Assembly: GCA_043800755.1 (NCBI GenBank)
Contig: JAZDMQ010000031.1
Location: 1 to 22,250 of the forward strand
DNA: 22,250 bases
DNA from: a bacterium
Lineage (GTDB): Bacteria; Methylomirabilota; Methylomirabilia; CAVQYV01
Direction of reading: 5' to 3'
Shown here: piece after piece, positions 1 through 7,925 of the stretch
How the letters are laid out: every line of letters starts with the position of its first letter
How positions within the stretch are numbered: position 1 is the stretch's first letter
Program-made: the position numbers and the translations under genes
Notes under the pieces: generated by a model
What the model saw: only the letters and a program-made list of their open reading frames with translations
Databases searched by the model: none
Told to the model about the DNA's origin: nothing

Positions 1-938
1 GTCTCCCGTAGCGTGTCGGTAATCTCCTTCTTGATTCGCTTCAATCCTGCTGTGGTCTTGTAATATTTCCTCACATCCCTTTCCAGGGTCTGCCAGGCCT
101 TGGTATCCTCTCTGGCATAGAGATAGAGAATGGTCCGCTTCACGATCCGTTGCGCCAGGATATCGGAGAAATCCTCGTGCTTGGCGGAGAGAATCGCACG
201 AGGCCGATCATCCCTGGAAGCTACCTCTTCTTCAATCGATCTGTCGAGCTCAGCAGCTTCTTTCAAGTATCTGGCCTTGAACTGGCGGCAGACCACTGCC
301 AGGCGCGAGGGCGTCAGATGGTAAAAGCAAGGAAAGAAAAGTTCAGAGTTGGCGTAGCTGGTATGGAAATAGACGAACCTTCGATCTACGTCCTCGAAAT
401 AGATCTGTCCTCTTTGAAAGATGAAAGGACCGTCGAAATAGGGGGTGTCTCCTTCCGAACCTTCGGTAGAGCCCAGATACCGCAACGGCTTCTTTCCAAT
501 CCCCTTGGAAAAGAAATGATACCGGCTGCAACAATGGGCTCCTCCTGTGTATTCCTGGATCATCCAGTATGTCGCCGGACTCGCTTCAATTCGCGTGTAA
601 CTCATGTAGAACGATTCGGAAAGAGCTTTCACTTTCCTGCCCCTGTCCCGGACCACCAACCTCTGCCACGATTCCGCCGGCCCCAACAATTCCTTCTCTT
701 TTCCGGGCAAGAGCTCGAAGGATATCCCTTCTCCCAGGTCTAACATTACGGGCTTGTCTTCTCGCAGTAATCCTTCCAGCCTGACCTCTGCTGCGATGCG
801 TGGGTGGCCTATCTGCTCACCACTGGCAGGGAGCGTGAGAAAGGCAAGAGTCAAGCAGAAGCAAAAAAAATGGGGTAAGTATCGGATGCCCCCTACTCTG
901 CTTCGATTCGACCTGTATCCTGGCTCTTCGGTCGCCAC
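1..938 (-). CDS. Exported hypothetical protein with a YTGGAHCC motif (runs off the left edge; start uncertain, GTG 938 or 959)
   Basis: My manual translation of the minus strand is stop-free from ~959 to the window edge (>310 codons): signal-like ...RYLPHFFCFCLTLAFLTLPASG|EQ..., then ...WMIQEYTGGAHCCSRYHFF...FVYFHTSYANS...ILYLYAREDTKAWQTLERDVRKYY. It is absent from the ORF track, probably because its stop lies outside the window. Confidence 0.75.
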   Translation of the reverse strand, partial: MATEEPGYRSNRSRVGGIRYLPHFFCFCLTLAFLTLPASGEQIGHPRIAAEVRLEGLLREDKPVMLDLGEGISFELLPGKEKELLGPAESWQRLVVRDRGRKVKALSESFYMSYTRIEASPATYWMIQEYTGGAHCCSRYHFFSKGIGKKPLRYLGSTEGSEGDTPYFDGPFIFQRGQIYFEDVDRRFVYFHTSYANSELFFPCFYHLTPSRLAVVCRQFKARYLKEAAELDRSIEEEVASRDDRPRAILSAKHEDFSDILAQRIVKRTILYLYAREDTKAWQTLERDVRKYYKTTAGLKRIKKEITDTLRE

Positions 939-999
939 GACCTCGATGAGGACCGGCACTCCTCGCAAGTTAGGCACACGATCCGGCGCTGCCACGTAC

Positions 1000-1353
1000 T
1001 GTATCTCCGTAGTGTCGGGGAAAGCGGGCAAGGACACCTTCATGGATTTCCTCGACTGCCTGCGACCGCTCGGCCTGATGGTCAGCTTCGGCAATGCCTC
1101 AGGGCCGGTGCCGCCGTTTAATATCGGCACCCTCGCCCAAAAAGGTTCGCTCTTTCTCACGCGTCCCATGCTGTTGCATTACACCGTGTCGCGCGAGGAC
1201 CTCGTGAAGGCGGCGCGCGAGCTCTTTGCCGTGGTGAAGAGCGGGAAGGTGAAGATCTCGATCAATCTGACCTATCCGCTCAAAGAATCGGCCCAGGCGC
1301 ACCGCGACCTGGAGGCGCGCAGGACAACGGGCTCGACTGTCCTGCTCCCGTAA
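1000..1353 (+). pseudogene. qor: 5'-truncated NADPH:quinone oxidoreductase (zeta-crystallin/Qor family), C-terminal third only
   Basis: GKDTFMDFLDCLRPLGLMVSFGNASGPVPP...KGSLFLTRP...AHRDLEARRTTGSTVLLP is a typical Qor C-terminus. The upstream part of ORF 754-1353 is unrelated and overlaps the minus-strand gene. Confidence 0.85.
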
Positions 1354-1395
1354 ATGTGTTGAGGTCAGTAGGCTGCTTTGCGGGCCATACACCTA

Positions 1396-3009
1396 TTACG
1401 CCGGCTTTTCCGCCGCGGCGTTCTCACCTGCAATGCGACCCGTTATGATGGCTCTCGGCATGCCGATCACCCCCAGTCCGCCCGCCGCCTCGCCTCCCGC
1501 ATAAAGACCGGGGATGACGTTGCCGTAGATATCCAGGACCTGGGCCTTGGCGTTCACCGCCAGGCCGCCGCAGGTGTCGTGAACGAACAGGCTGATCCAC
1601 ACCGCGTAGAAGGGCGGAGTCTCTATCTTGGACTGGAGCAGGTTTTTGGGCTTGCCGAAATCGGGGTCCGTACCCGCGTCCACATAAGCGTTGTATTTTT
1701 GAACGGTCTCCGCGAGAGCATCGCCGGGCACATTGATCAATTTCGCCAGTTCAGTTAGGGTCGGCGCCCCGAAGGCACAATCCTCCTCGGTGACGGGAGG
1801 GTTAGTATTCCACTTGTACTTCTTGGCTGCCGCATCGTCAAAGAGAGTCCACAGCACGTGGTCCTCTTGAGATAGACTGGCATCGGAGAACGAATAGGTT
1901 CCCAGCGATGTGAGGTCCTCTTCGTTGACATACCGCATTCCGAATTTGTTGACGAAGATGACATCGGCCATTCGTGGACCGGCGATGGAAAGTCCCGGTG
2001 CTCCATAGGGCGAGTTCAGTGGAAAATTGTAGTGTTTGGTCCCAAATTTCCGACGGAAGAGGGCGACGTCCACGGTCATGTCGCTCTTCAGGACGGCGCC
2101 CACCTCCAGGCCCGCCTGAATGCCGCTCCCGTCAGGATTGACAAAGGGCTCTCCGCTGGCGGGCAGATCTTCCGTCAATCTTGAATCGTATAATTTGCGC
2201 AAAAACTTGTGCCCTTTCCAACCCCCGGTGGCCAGAATGACGGCCCCTTTTGCCTTGAAATAGAGCTTGTTCCTGCCGGCCTGTACCTCTACCCCCAAGA
2301 CGCTGCCTGTCGCACCACCTTTCCGGATGATCGTGGTCATCTTGTGTTCCAGTAGGATCTCGACCCCTTTGTTCTTCGCAAAGGCTTCCAGGGGCTTGAT
2401 CAGACCGGCGCCGCTCGATACTGCGTCAGCCGTTTTGAAGGCCGAGGCGCCGGGTCCCTCCTTATCCCACCAGAGGTAGTGATAGACCACGGTTGGTTGG
2501 GGCGCTCCCCCCCATGGTGCGAGAGTCTCCATGAACCGCACGCCCCGCTGCTCCAACCAATCCAGAGTACCAGGGTTGGCATCACAGAAAGCGCGAAGCA
2601 GTTCCGGGTCATCTCTCTTGGTGTAGCGTTCCTTGTAATCTGACATCCTCTTGAACAGGAGTTCAGGTGAATCTTGTATGTGGTTGAGCTTTTGTATTCG
2701 GGTGCCGCCTTGAAGATTCAGGAGGCCGGCAGCGATAACCCCGCATCCACCCACTTCCTTGCCTTGCTCCAGCACGATCACTGAAGCGCCCTTTTCCACC
2801 GCGGCGATGGCGGCAGGAAGTCCCGCCGGTCCAGACCCGACCACGATCACATCGACTTCCTTGTCCCAATTTTCCGGGACTGCGGCCGCTGCGGCCGGAG
2901 CCGGCATGAATGAGCCGAGCACACCGGCAGCCGCTGCCCCGGCTCCAACAGCAACGGCCGTATCCTTGAAGAACTGTCGACGCGTAATCTTGTCCTTGCC
3001 TGACATCAC
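1396..3009 (-). CDS. Tat-exported FAD-dependent oxidoreductase (flavocytochrome c flavin subunit / FAD_binding_2 family)
   Basis: Twin-arginine signal TRRQFFK, FAD motif VIVVGSGPAG, LATGG, and C-terminal HDTCGGLAVN...IPGLYAGGE. RBS AAGGGG precedes GTG 3009/ATG 3006. Confidence 0.9.
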   Translation of the reverse strand: MMSGKDKITRRQFFKDTAVAVGAGAAAAGVLGSFMPAPAAAAAVPENWDKEVDVIVVGSGPAGLPAAIAAVEKGASVIVLEQGKEVGGCGVIAAGLLNLQGGTRIQKLNHIQDSPELLFKRMSDYKERYTKRDDPELLRAFCDANPGTLDWLEQRGVRFMETLAPWGGAPQPTVVYHYLWWDKEGPGASAFKTADAVSSGAGLIKPLEAFAKNKGVEILLEHKMTTIIRKGGATGSVLGVEVQAGRNKLYFKAKGAVILATGGWKGHKFLRKLYDSRLTEDLPASGEPFVNPDGSGIQAGLEVGAVLKSDMTVDVALFRRKFGTKHYNFPLNSPYGAPGLSIAGPRMADVIFVNKFGMRYVNEEDLTSLGTYSFSDASLSQEDHVLWTLFDDAAAKKYKWNTNPPVTEEDCAFGAPTLTELAKLINVPGDALAETVQKYNAYVDAGTDPDFGKPKNLLQSKIETPPFYAVWISLFVHDTCGGLAVNAKAQVLDIYGNVIPGLYAGGEAAGGLGVIGMPRAIITGRIAGENAAAEKPA

Positions 3010-3077
3010 ATTTCCCCTTTCCCGGATTCTTTCTACATCGATACTCCCAGAACCCTAAATGCGGACTTGAGTGGCAA

Positions 3078-3122
3078 TCACGCCGCCGGCGTGACGCTTA
3101 GAGCGAATGCTTGCATTCGCTC
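3078..3122. repeat. Two adjacent perfect palindromes, the second REP-like
   Basis: TCACGCCG-c-CGGCGTGA (3078-3094) and GAGCGAATGC-tt-GCATTCGCTC (3101-3122). Confidence 0.7.
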
Positions 3123-3269
3123 CTTATGGTATATACGGCCATATCTGATAAGGGTATCGCAATAGAAGCGACGGTCTTCGTCGTCGAAAAAGACAGGGAC
3201 GCGATTGTTCCCCCGCTGGGTTACATCATGAGGATAATCCACAGCAACTGCACGGGCAATTCTCGGCAT
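3078..3269 (-). pseudogene. Truncated REP-associated tyrosine transposase (RAYT, Y1/IS200-like), N-terminal fragment
   Basis: From ATG 3269, MPRIARAVAVDYPHDVTQRGNNRVPVFFDDEDRRFY matches the RAYT N-terminal motif (PHHVTQRGNNR). Similarity is lost after ~45 codons, before the HUH (NHVH) motif. Confidence 0.85.
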
Positions 3270-3549
3270 GAGGGAGATGGTAGTTTCTTGTCCATAGCAT
3301 GTCAATCAGATAAATGGGGAAATGTCCTTTATTCTTCCTTATCCATTTATTCTTTTATTCTTCCCAGGGCCTGCTAATGGCAAACCTTACGAGGGAGGAG
3401 CTTGAAAGGAAATTGGAGAAGACTAAAATAACCGTCTGTGGTCGCTGTTGGAGAAGCAGGACTTGGGAGTATTAATCGCAGGGACAAGAAAGCTCATCCC
3501 GGAAAGCCTCTTTTATCTCTCCCCGTACCCACAGTGCTCCTTGCCGAAC

Positions 3550-3765
3550 TGTGACAAAATTGTGACAGACCAGGCTGGAAAAGAACTGAATGGTTGGAGC
3601 AGAATGGAGCAGAACCGAAATCCCTCAGGCCAGCATTTTAAGGGATCTAAGGGAGACCGGGCCTGAAATCAAGGGGTTGCGAAATTGCTGAAAATCGGAC
3701 TTCAAATCCAGTGCGGGGCCCTTCACGGCGTTCCGGATGGGTTCGACTCCCACGCGCCTCCGCCA
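3550..3765 (+). mobile_element. attR-like junction of an element integrated at tRNA-Sec (selC)
   Basis: A tRNA 3' fragment is preceded by non-tRNA sequence with a GTGACA direct repeat (GTGACAaaatTGTGACA, 3551-3567) resembling tyrosine-integrase arm sites. Confidence 0.7.
3697..3765 (+). tRNA. selC: 3' fragment of tRNA-Sec (anticodon UCA), not an intact tRNA
   Basis: GGACTTCAAATCCAG anticodon arm (TCA at 3702-3704), long variable arm, GGGTTCGACTCCC T-arm and acceptor 3' strand ending ...CCTCCGCCA. The complementary 5' acceptor strand (GGAGGCG...) and D-arm are absent upstream. Confidence 0.88.
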
Positions 3766-3785
3766 ATATACTCAAATACTTACGA

Positions 3786-3825
3786 AAATGGCCTCTTTTG
3801 CCCGCAGGTCAAAAGGGGCCATTTC
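3786..3825. terminator. Stem-loop downstream of the selC fragment and the convergent pilin gene
   Basis: AAATGGCCTCTTTTG...CAAAAGGGGCCATTT inverted repeat. Confidence 0.65.
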
Positions 3826-3839
3826 TTCAGTATGAAGCC

Positions 3840-4304
3840 TCAGGGTATGATCTGCGCGTTTCCATGGAAGATCCAGATACGGTTTTTCCCCCCGGGGATG
3901 GCCTCTCCGTGGCCATAGGAGGCCCGGTTGGCGGCATTGTTGCAGAGGCCCTGGTACCCCTGGCCCGGGTAGTAATACTCCAGGCCCACGTAGGAGCCGC
4001 CACTGCCGTTGCCGTGGACCTCATAGTCGATTCGCCAATCCTGACTCCAGTTGATGTAGCCGGGAGTGAAGCCGCCTGGGGGGGCATCGAAAAACATGCC
4101 ATCCTTCGGGTATCGGCCTTCGCGGTCTATGGCAAAATATTCAAGCGCCACCCCAATCTGGTGGGCATTGGCTTGAAACTGGGCATAGAGAGCCCTTTGC
4201 TTGGCCCCCAGGAAGACGGGAACTGCAATGGCAGCCAGAATGGCGATCACCAACACGGCGATCAACAGCTCGACTAAGGTGAATCCTCTGGGATTCCGAA
4301 TCAT
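3840..4304 (-). CDS. Type IV pilin / pseudopilin-like protein (prepilin N-terminal cleavage/methylation motif)
   Basis: MIRNPRG|FTLVELLIAVLVIAILAAIAVP: class III signal with G-1, F+1, E+5, followed by ALEYFAIDREGRYP. Confidence 0.92.
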   Translation of the reverse strand: MIRNPRGFTLVELLIAVLVIAILAAIAVPVFLGAKQRALYAQFQANAHQIGVALEYFAIDREGRYPKDGMFFDAPPGGFTPGYINWSQDWRIDYEVHGNGSGGSYVGLEYYYPGQGYQGLCNNAANRASYGHGEAIPGGKNRIWIFHGNAQIIP

Positions 4305-4377
4305 TTCCGCCTCTGGAGAGAGGACGCAGCGTTCCTGCGATGACGATGGGACCCAAAAGGCTTGGCCTTGGAGTCCT

Positions 4378-4611
4378 TCAAGACTCGGTGATGGGCTTCA
4401 CCCTGACAGCAATAGGTGATCTCGCCCTTTTCCTTCGGGAATGAGGATGTGTCGAAGCCTCAATCTGGGTGCCCTTTGGCCGGTTTTCCCCGGAGGATGG
4501 TCTTATCACCAAAGGAAAGCGTTGCTTCCCGATGTGCACCCAGATCTGCCTTTTGCCCTCCCGTGATTCAATCGAGATGATGGCGCCCTTGAATAGATCC
4601 AGGATATCCAT
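4378..4611 (-). CDS. Small hypothetical protein (~77 aa, basic C-terminus)
   Basis: Strong RBS GGAGGTG upstream of ATG 4611 (MDILDLFKGAIISIESREGKRQIWVHIG...), co-oriented with its neighbours. Confidence 0.5.
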   Translation of the reverse strand: MDILDLFKGAIISIESREGKRQIWVHIGKQRFPLVIRPSSGENRPKGTQIEASTHPHSRRKRARSPIAVRVKPITES

Positions 4612-4759
4612 GGTTTGTTCACCTCCATTCATGAAAAGAAGGTAGAGATGCAAGGAGCGGAACAGCGCTCCCCTGCGCAGCGGCTGAGCACCGAGCCGAT
4701 CAGGGACATTCGACAGTTCTGTGAGCGGACCGATGGCTGACTACGGGCTCTGGGAGCCC

Positions 4760-5227
4760 TTAGATGTCGTGATGCCTTTTGTTGTTCCTCAGATAGTTGA
4801 AAATTAGCCAATTGGGTTCTGCGTCGATGTAGTAAGCGCTCTTTCCATTCCGCAGGTACACCACCCGAAAGGGAGGGCCATTCGATCTCAATTCTGCCTT
4901 CAGCAGTTCAGAGGTCTCCACGGTAAAGTCCACTGCGACCCGACGCTCCAGGCTTTCCAAGAAAGCCGAATACCCACCAGCTTCGGCCTTCGCCCCTATG
5001 AAACCGGCAGGGTCCTCGATTTGCACCGTCTTCAATTCAGCCCAACTTCTGGGCCACCTGTCGTCATGGGTCTTCAGATAGGCAATAATGAGGTCTGCGG
5101 TATGCCAGACAGCGAAGTCATTGGCCACCCTCTCCTTGATTTCATAGAAAAGATACCCTGCGGCAATAGCAGTGAATAGGACCAACGCCGCGAGAGTCAA
5201 CCTAATATCTCTTGTTCGACCTTTCAT
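4760..5227 (-). CDS. Hypothetical protein with one N-terminal membrane anchor (~155 aa)
   Basis: ATG 5227: MKGRTRDIR-LTLAALVLFTAIAAGYLFY, then IAYLKTHDDRWPRSWAEL. GGGGTGG RBS and a sigma54 motif lie upstream. Confidence 0.75.
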   Translation of the reverse strand: MKGRTRDIRLTLAALVLFTAIAAGYLFYEIKERVANDFAVWHTADLIIAYLKTHDDRWPRSWAELKTVQIEDPAGFIGAKAEAGGYSAFLESLERRVAVDFTVETSELLKAELRSNGPPFRVVYLRNGKSAYYIDAEPNWLIFNYLRNNKRHHDI

Positions 5228-5251
5228 TTCTGCCACCCCAAGTGATGGGTG

Positions 5252-5267
5252 AGCAAACACCGTGCCA
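5252..5267 (-). promoter_or_regulatory. Sigma54 (-24/-12) promoter
   Basis: Minus strand TGGCACGGTGTTTGCT matches TGGCACG-N4-TTGCW exactly, ~25 nt before ATG 5227. Confidence 0.75.
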
Positions 5268-6076
5268 AAGGGTCCAGTGCCAGCCACTTTCCCGGAAGGC
5301 CGGATTCAGGGCCAAAGGGAGTGGAGGGCCTGCACTCTCTTCGCACGGTCTCTTTCGGCAGAGCGTGCAAAAAATGCCCCCTGCTACGGAATTATTTTCC
5401 CATCTATGGAGGAAAGGCGAGGGAGATAGGGGGACGAGGGTGAACAGAGCAAGAGGGTAGAGGCCAGGGGAAAACACCTCGCAGACATTCCAGGATCGCA
5501 CTTCCTGTATCAAACTGGTAGAGGTGAATGAGAGGCAAATAAGAGCTGAAGTCACTCGTCCCAGGAATCAAGAAGGCAGGGCTTGCGGGGCGCGGTCCGG
5601 TCAATTCAGGTTACGAATCCGTGTCGTTGAACCTGATGAGGTTGTACTCGAACAGATATTCGGTGCCGCCCCAAGAGGCCGGGCGTTGGGTGAAGCTCGA
5701 AGAGGATCATCATACAAGGACGGACAATCCTTAACCAAAGCCCGGATAATGCGGTCGAATCATCCTTGATCGGGAAGGTCTTGTCAATGTCAGAGTCTGA
5801 TCCCATTCTTGTCTCTGCACCTATGTCGGGCGACAAATGGGCCAGGCCTTACCTCTTATTCATCCGGGTGACAGATTTCGCAACCTCTGTGTTGGAATGG
5901 AGAATGCCTACCACTCAAATCCATCAGGTTTCAAGGGGAATAACCGAAAGCAACCCAAGCTACAACCCAGGCTATTCCCAACTTGACCTCAGCAAGTAAT
6001 TGATATATGAAAATCAAGAGGGTGTCATCTCCCCCTGAAAGATCTGGGTTCAACAATAAAGCCAAGGAGGGTGTTT

Positions 6077-7720
6077 ATGAAGGGTGCCGCCGCAATCGCA
6101 GAGATTCTGAAACGAGAAGGGGTGGAGTTCTTGATTGGTTACCCGGTGAATCCCATCATTGAGGCTGCCGCGGCCGCTGACATCAGGACCATCATCGTCC
6201 GGCAGGAACGCGTGGGATTGCATATGGCTGATGCGGTCAGCCGGGTCACCTCGGGTCAGCGCATCGGCGTCTTCACCATGCAATGGGGGCCGGGATCAGA
6301 AAATGCATTTGGGGGGGTGGCCCAGGCCTTCAGCGAGTCGGTACCCCTGGTGGTCCTCGCCGGAGGCTATGCGCGCCACATGATGAATATCTCCCCTAAC
6401 TTCAACTCCTTCATCAACTTCCGCAACATCACCAAGTGGATCGAGCAGGTACCCCTGGCCCCCCATATACCCGACATCATGCGCCGGGCCTTCACCCAGG
6501 CGAAGAATGGGCGTCTCCGCCCCGCCCTAGTCGAGATACCGCGGGATGTCTTCGATGAGGAGGTGCCGGAGCCGATTAGCTATGAACCTGCGCTCCGGAC
6601 GCGCTTCGGACCGGACCCGAAAGCAGTCAGCGAGGTGGCAAAGGTCCTATGGCAGGCCAAGCGGCCGGCGATCTATGCAGGACAGGGTGTTCACTACGCT
6701 CAAGCCTGGCCGCAGCTGCGCGAGCTGGCGGAGATGCTGGAGATCCCAGTCATGACCAGCCTGCAGGGCAAGAGTGCCTTCCCGGAAAATCATCCTCTCG
6801 CGCTCGGTTCCGGAAATCGCACCTTTCCCAAGACGGTGCATCACTTCCTCCTGAATGCCGATGTCATTCTCGGGATCGGCTGCAGCTTTACCCGCACCAA
6901 TTTCGGCGTGCCCATGCCCAAAGGGAAGACCCTCATCCAGGCTACGCTGGATCCGATGGATCTGAACAAGGATGTGCCGGTACAGTACGCGCTGATCGGG
7001 GACGCTCAGCTCACCTTGGAGGCACTGATCGCCGAACTCAAGGAGATCTTAAAGGGCCGGAGGCACGAGCCGAATGGTAAGGTGCGGGAGGAGATCAAAA
7101 AGGTTAAAGATGAATGGATGGCCCAGTGGATGCCAAAGCTCACATCCAACGAGGTGCCGATTACGCCCTACCGCCTGATTTGGGACCTTATGCACACGGT
7201 GGATCGGAATAACGCCATCATCACTCACGATGCGGGCAGCCCGCGCGACCAGCTCGCCCCATTTTGGGAAAGCATCGCACCTCTTAGCTACATCGGCTGG
7301 GGTAAGACCACTCAGCTCGGAATGGGCCTGGGCCTGGCGATGGGGGCCAAGCTGGCCAAGTCCGAAAAGCTCTGTATCAATGTGATGGGCGATGCGGCCA
7401 TCGGTTTCACCGGCATGGATTTCGAAACGGCGGTACGGGAGCGAATTCCCATCGTGACCATCGTCTTGAATAACTTCTCAATGGCCTGCGAGTTGGGGAT
7501 CATGAAGGCAGCCACCGAGAAGTTCCGCAGCACCGACATCTCCGGCAATTACGCGGACATGGCCAAGGCCTTCGGCGGCTATGGGGAGAGGGTGGAGAAG
7601 CCTGAGGAGATCATTCCCGCCATCAAACGGGCCATCCGGGCAACCGAGGAGGGAAAGCCGGCCCTGCTGGAGGTCCTCACCTCCAAAGAGCTGGATTGCT
7701 CCATCTTCAAGTGGGCATAG
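6077..7720 (+). CDS. Thiamine-diphosphate-dependent enzyme, acetolactate synthase large-subunit-like family
   Basis: N-terminal GVEFLIGYP...RQE (catalytic Glu) and ThDP/Mg motif GDAAIGF...VLNN. AAGGAGG RBS favours ATG 6077 over GTG 6071. Confidence 0.92.
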   Translation: MKGAAAIAEILKREGVEFLIGYPVNPIIEAAAAADIRTIIVRQERVGLHMADAVSRVTSGQRIGVFTMQWGPGSENAFGGVAQAFSESVPLVVLAGGYARHMMNISPNFNSFINFRNITKWIEQVPLAPHIPDIMRRAFTQAKNGRLRPALVEIPRDVFDEEVPEPISYEPALRTRFGPDPKAVSEVAKVLWQAKRPAIYAGQGVHYAQAWPQLRELAEMLEIPVMTSLQGKSAFPENHPLALGSGNRTFPKTVHHFLLNADVILGIGCSFTRTNFGVPMPKGKTLIQATLDPMDLNKDVPVQYALIGDAQLTLEALIAELKEILKGRRHEPNGKVREEIKKVKDEWMAQWMPKLTSNEVPITPYRLIWDLMHTVDRNNAIITHDAGSPRDQLAPFWESIAPLSYIGWGKTTQLGMGLGLAMGAKLAKSEKLCINVMGDAAIGFTGMDFETAVRERIPIVTIVLNNFSMACELGIMKAATEKFRSTDISGNYADMAKAFGGYGERVEKPEEIIPAIKRAIRATEEGKPALLEVLTSKELDCSIFKWA

Positions 7721-7792
7721 GAAAAGGGTCATTCCTACTTCAGGCTCACGCGGGTGCTAATCGCCTGCATCGGAAGAATTAGGGCAGGAAAA

Positions 7793-7844
7793 GATATAGG
7801 GCGCCTGGGCATCTTTCTACGCAAATCGCTCAGGCGCCTTTATC
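7793..7844. terminator. Inverted repeat between convergent genes (possible bidirectional terminator)
   Basis: GATATAGGGCGCCTGGGC...GCTCAGGCGCCTTTATC. Confidence 0.55.
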
Positions 7845-7925
7845 ACATCTGCATCTTTCCTCTTAAGATCAGTAAGGGAAGGCCTGATAGCTTCGCACTG
7901 GCTTCGGACCCACTTGGCAGGCCGA

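Noticed and set aside
150..743. 197-aa plus-strand ORF
   Set aside because: Antisense to a longer minus-strand frame that has a signal peptide and more protein-like composition.
738..975. Integron attC (GTCTAAC at 738, GTTAGGC at 969)
   Set aside because: About 240 bp apart, mostly inside a CDS, no internal dyad seen, and no intI or other attC sites.
754..999. N-terminal part of the 199-aa ORF as a novel fusion to Qor
   Set aside because: TTG start without RBS, overlaps the minus-strand gene, and has no recognisable features.
3376..3420. c-di-GMP-I riboswitch suggested by GGCAAACC
   Set aside because: Lacks the GAAA tetraloop stem and GACGCAAAGC segment.
3670..3765. Intact tRNA-Sec gene
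   Set aside because: No 5' acceptor strand or D-arm upstream of the anticodon arm; it is a fragment.
5524..5999. Short ORFs and a possible gene relic (minus-strand GGTEYLFEYNLIRF) in the long intergenic gap
   Set aside because: No consistent frame, RBS or family match recognisable by eye; a translated search would be needed.
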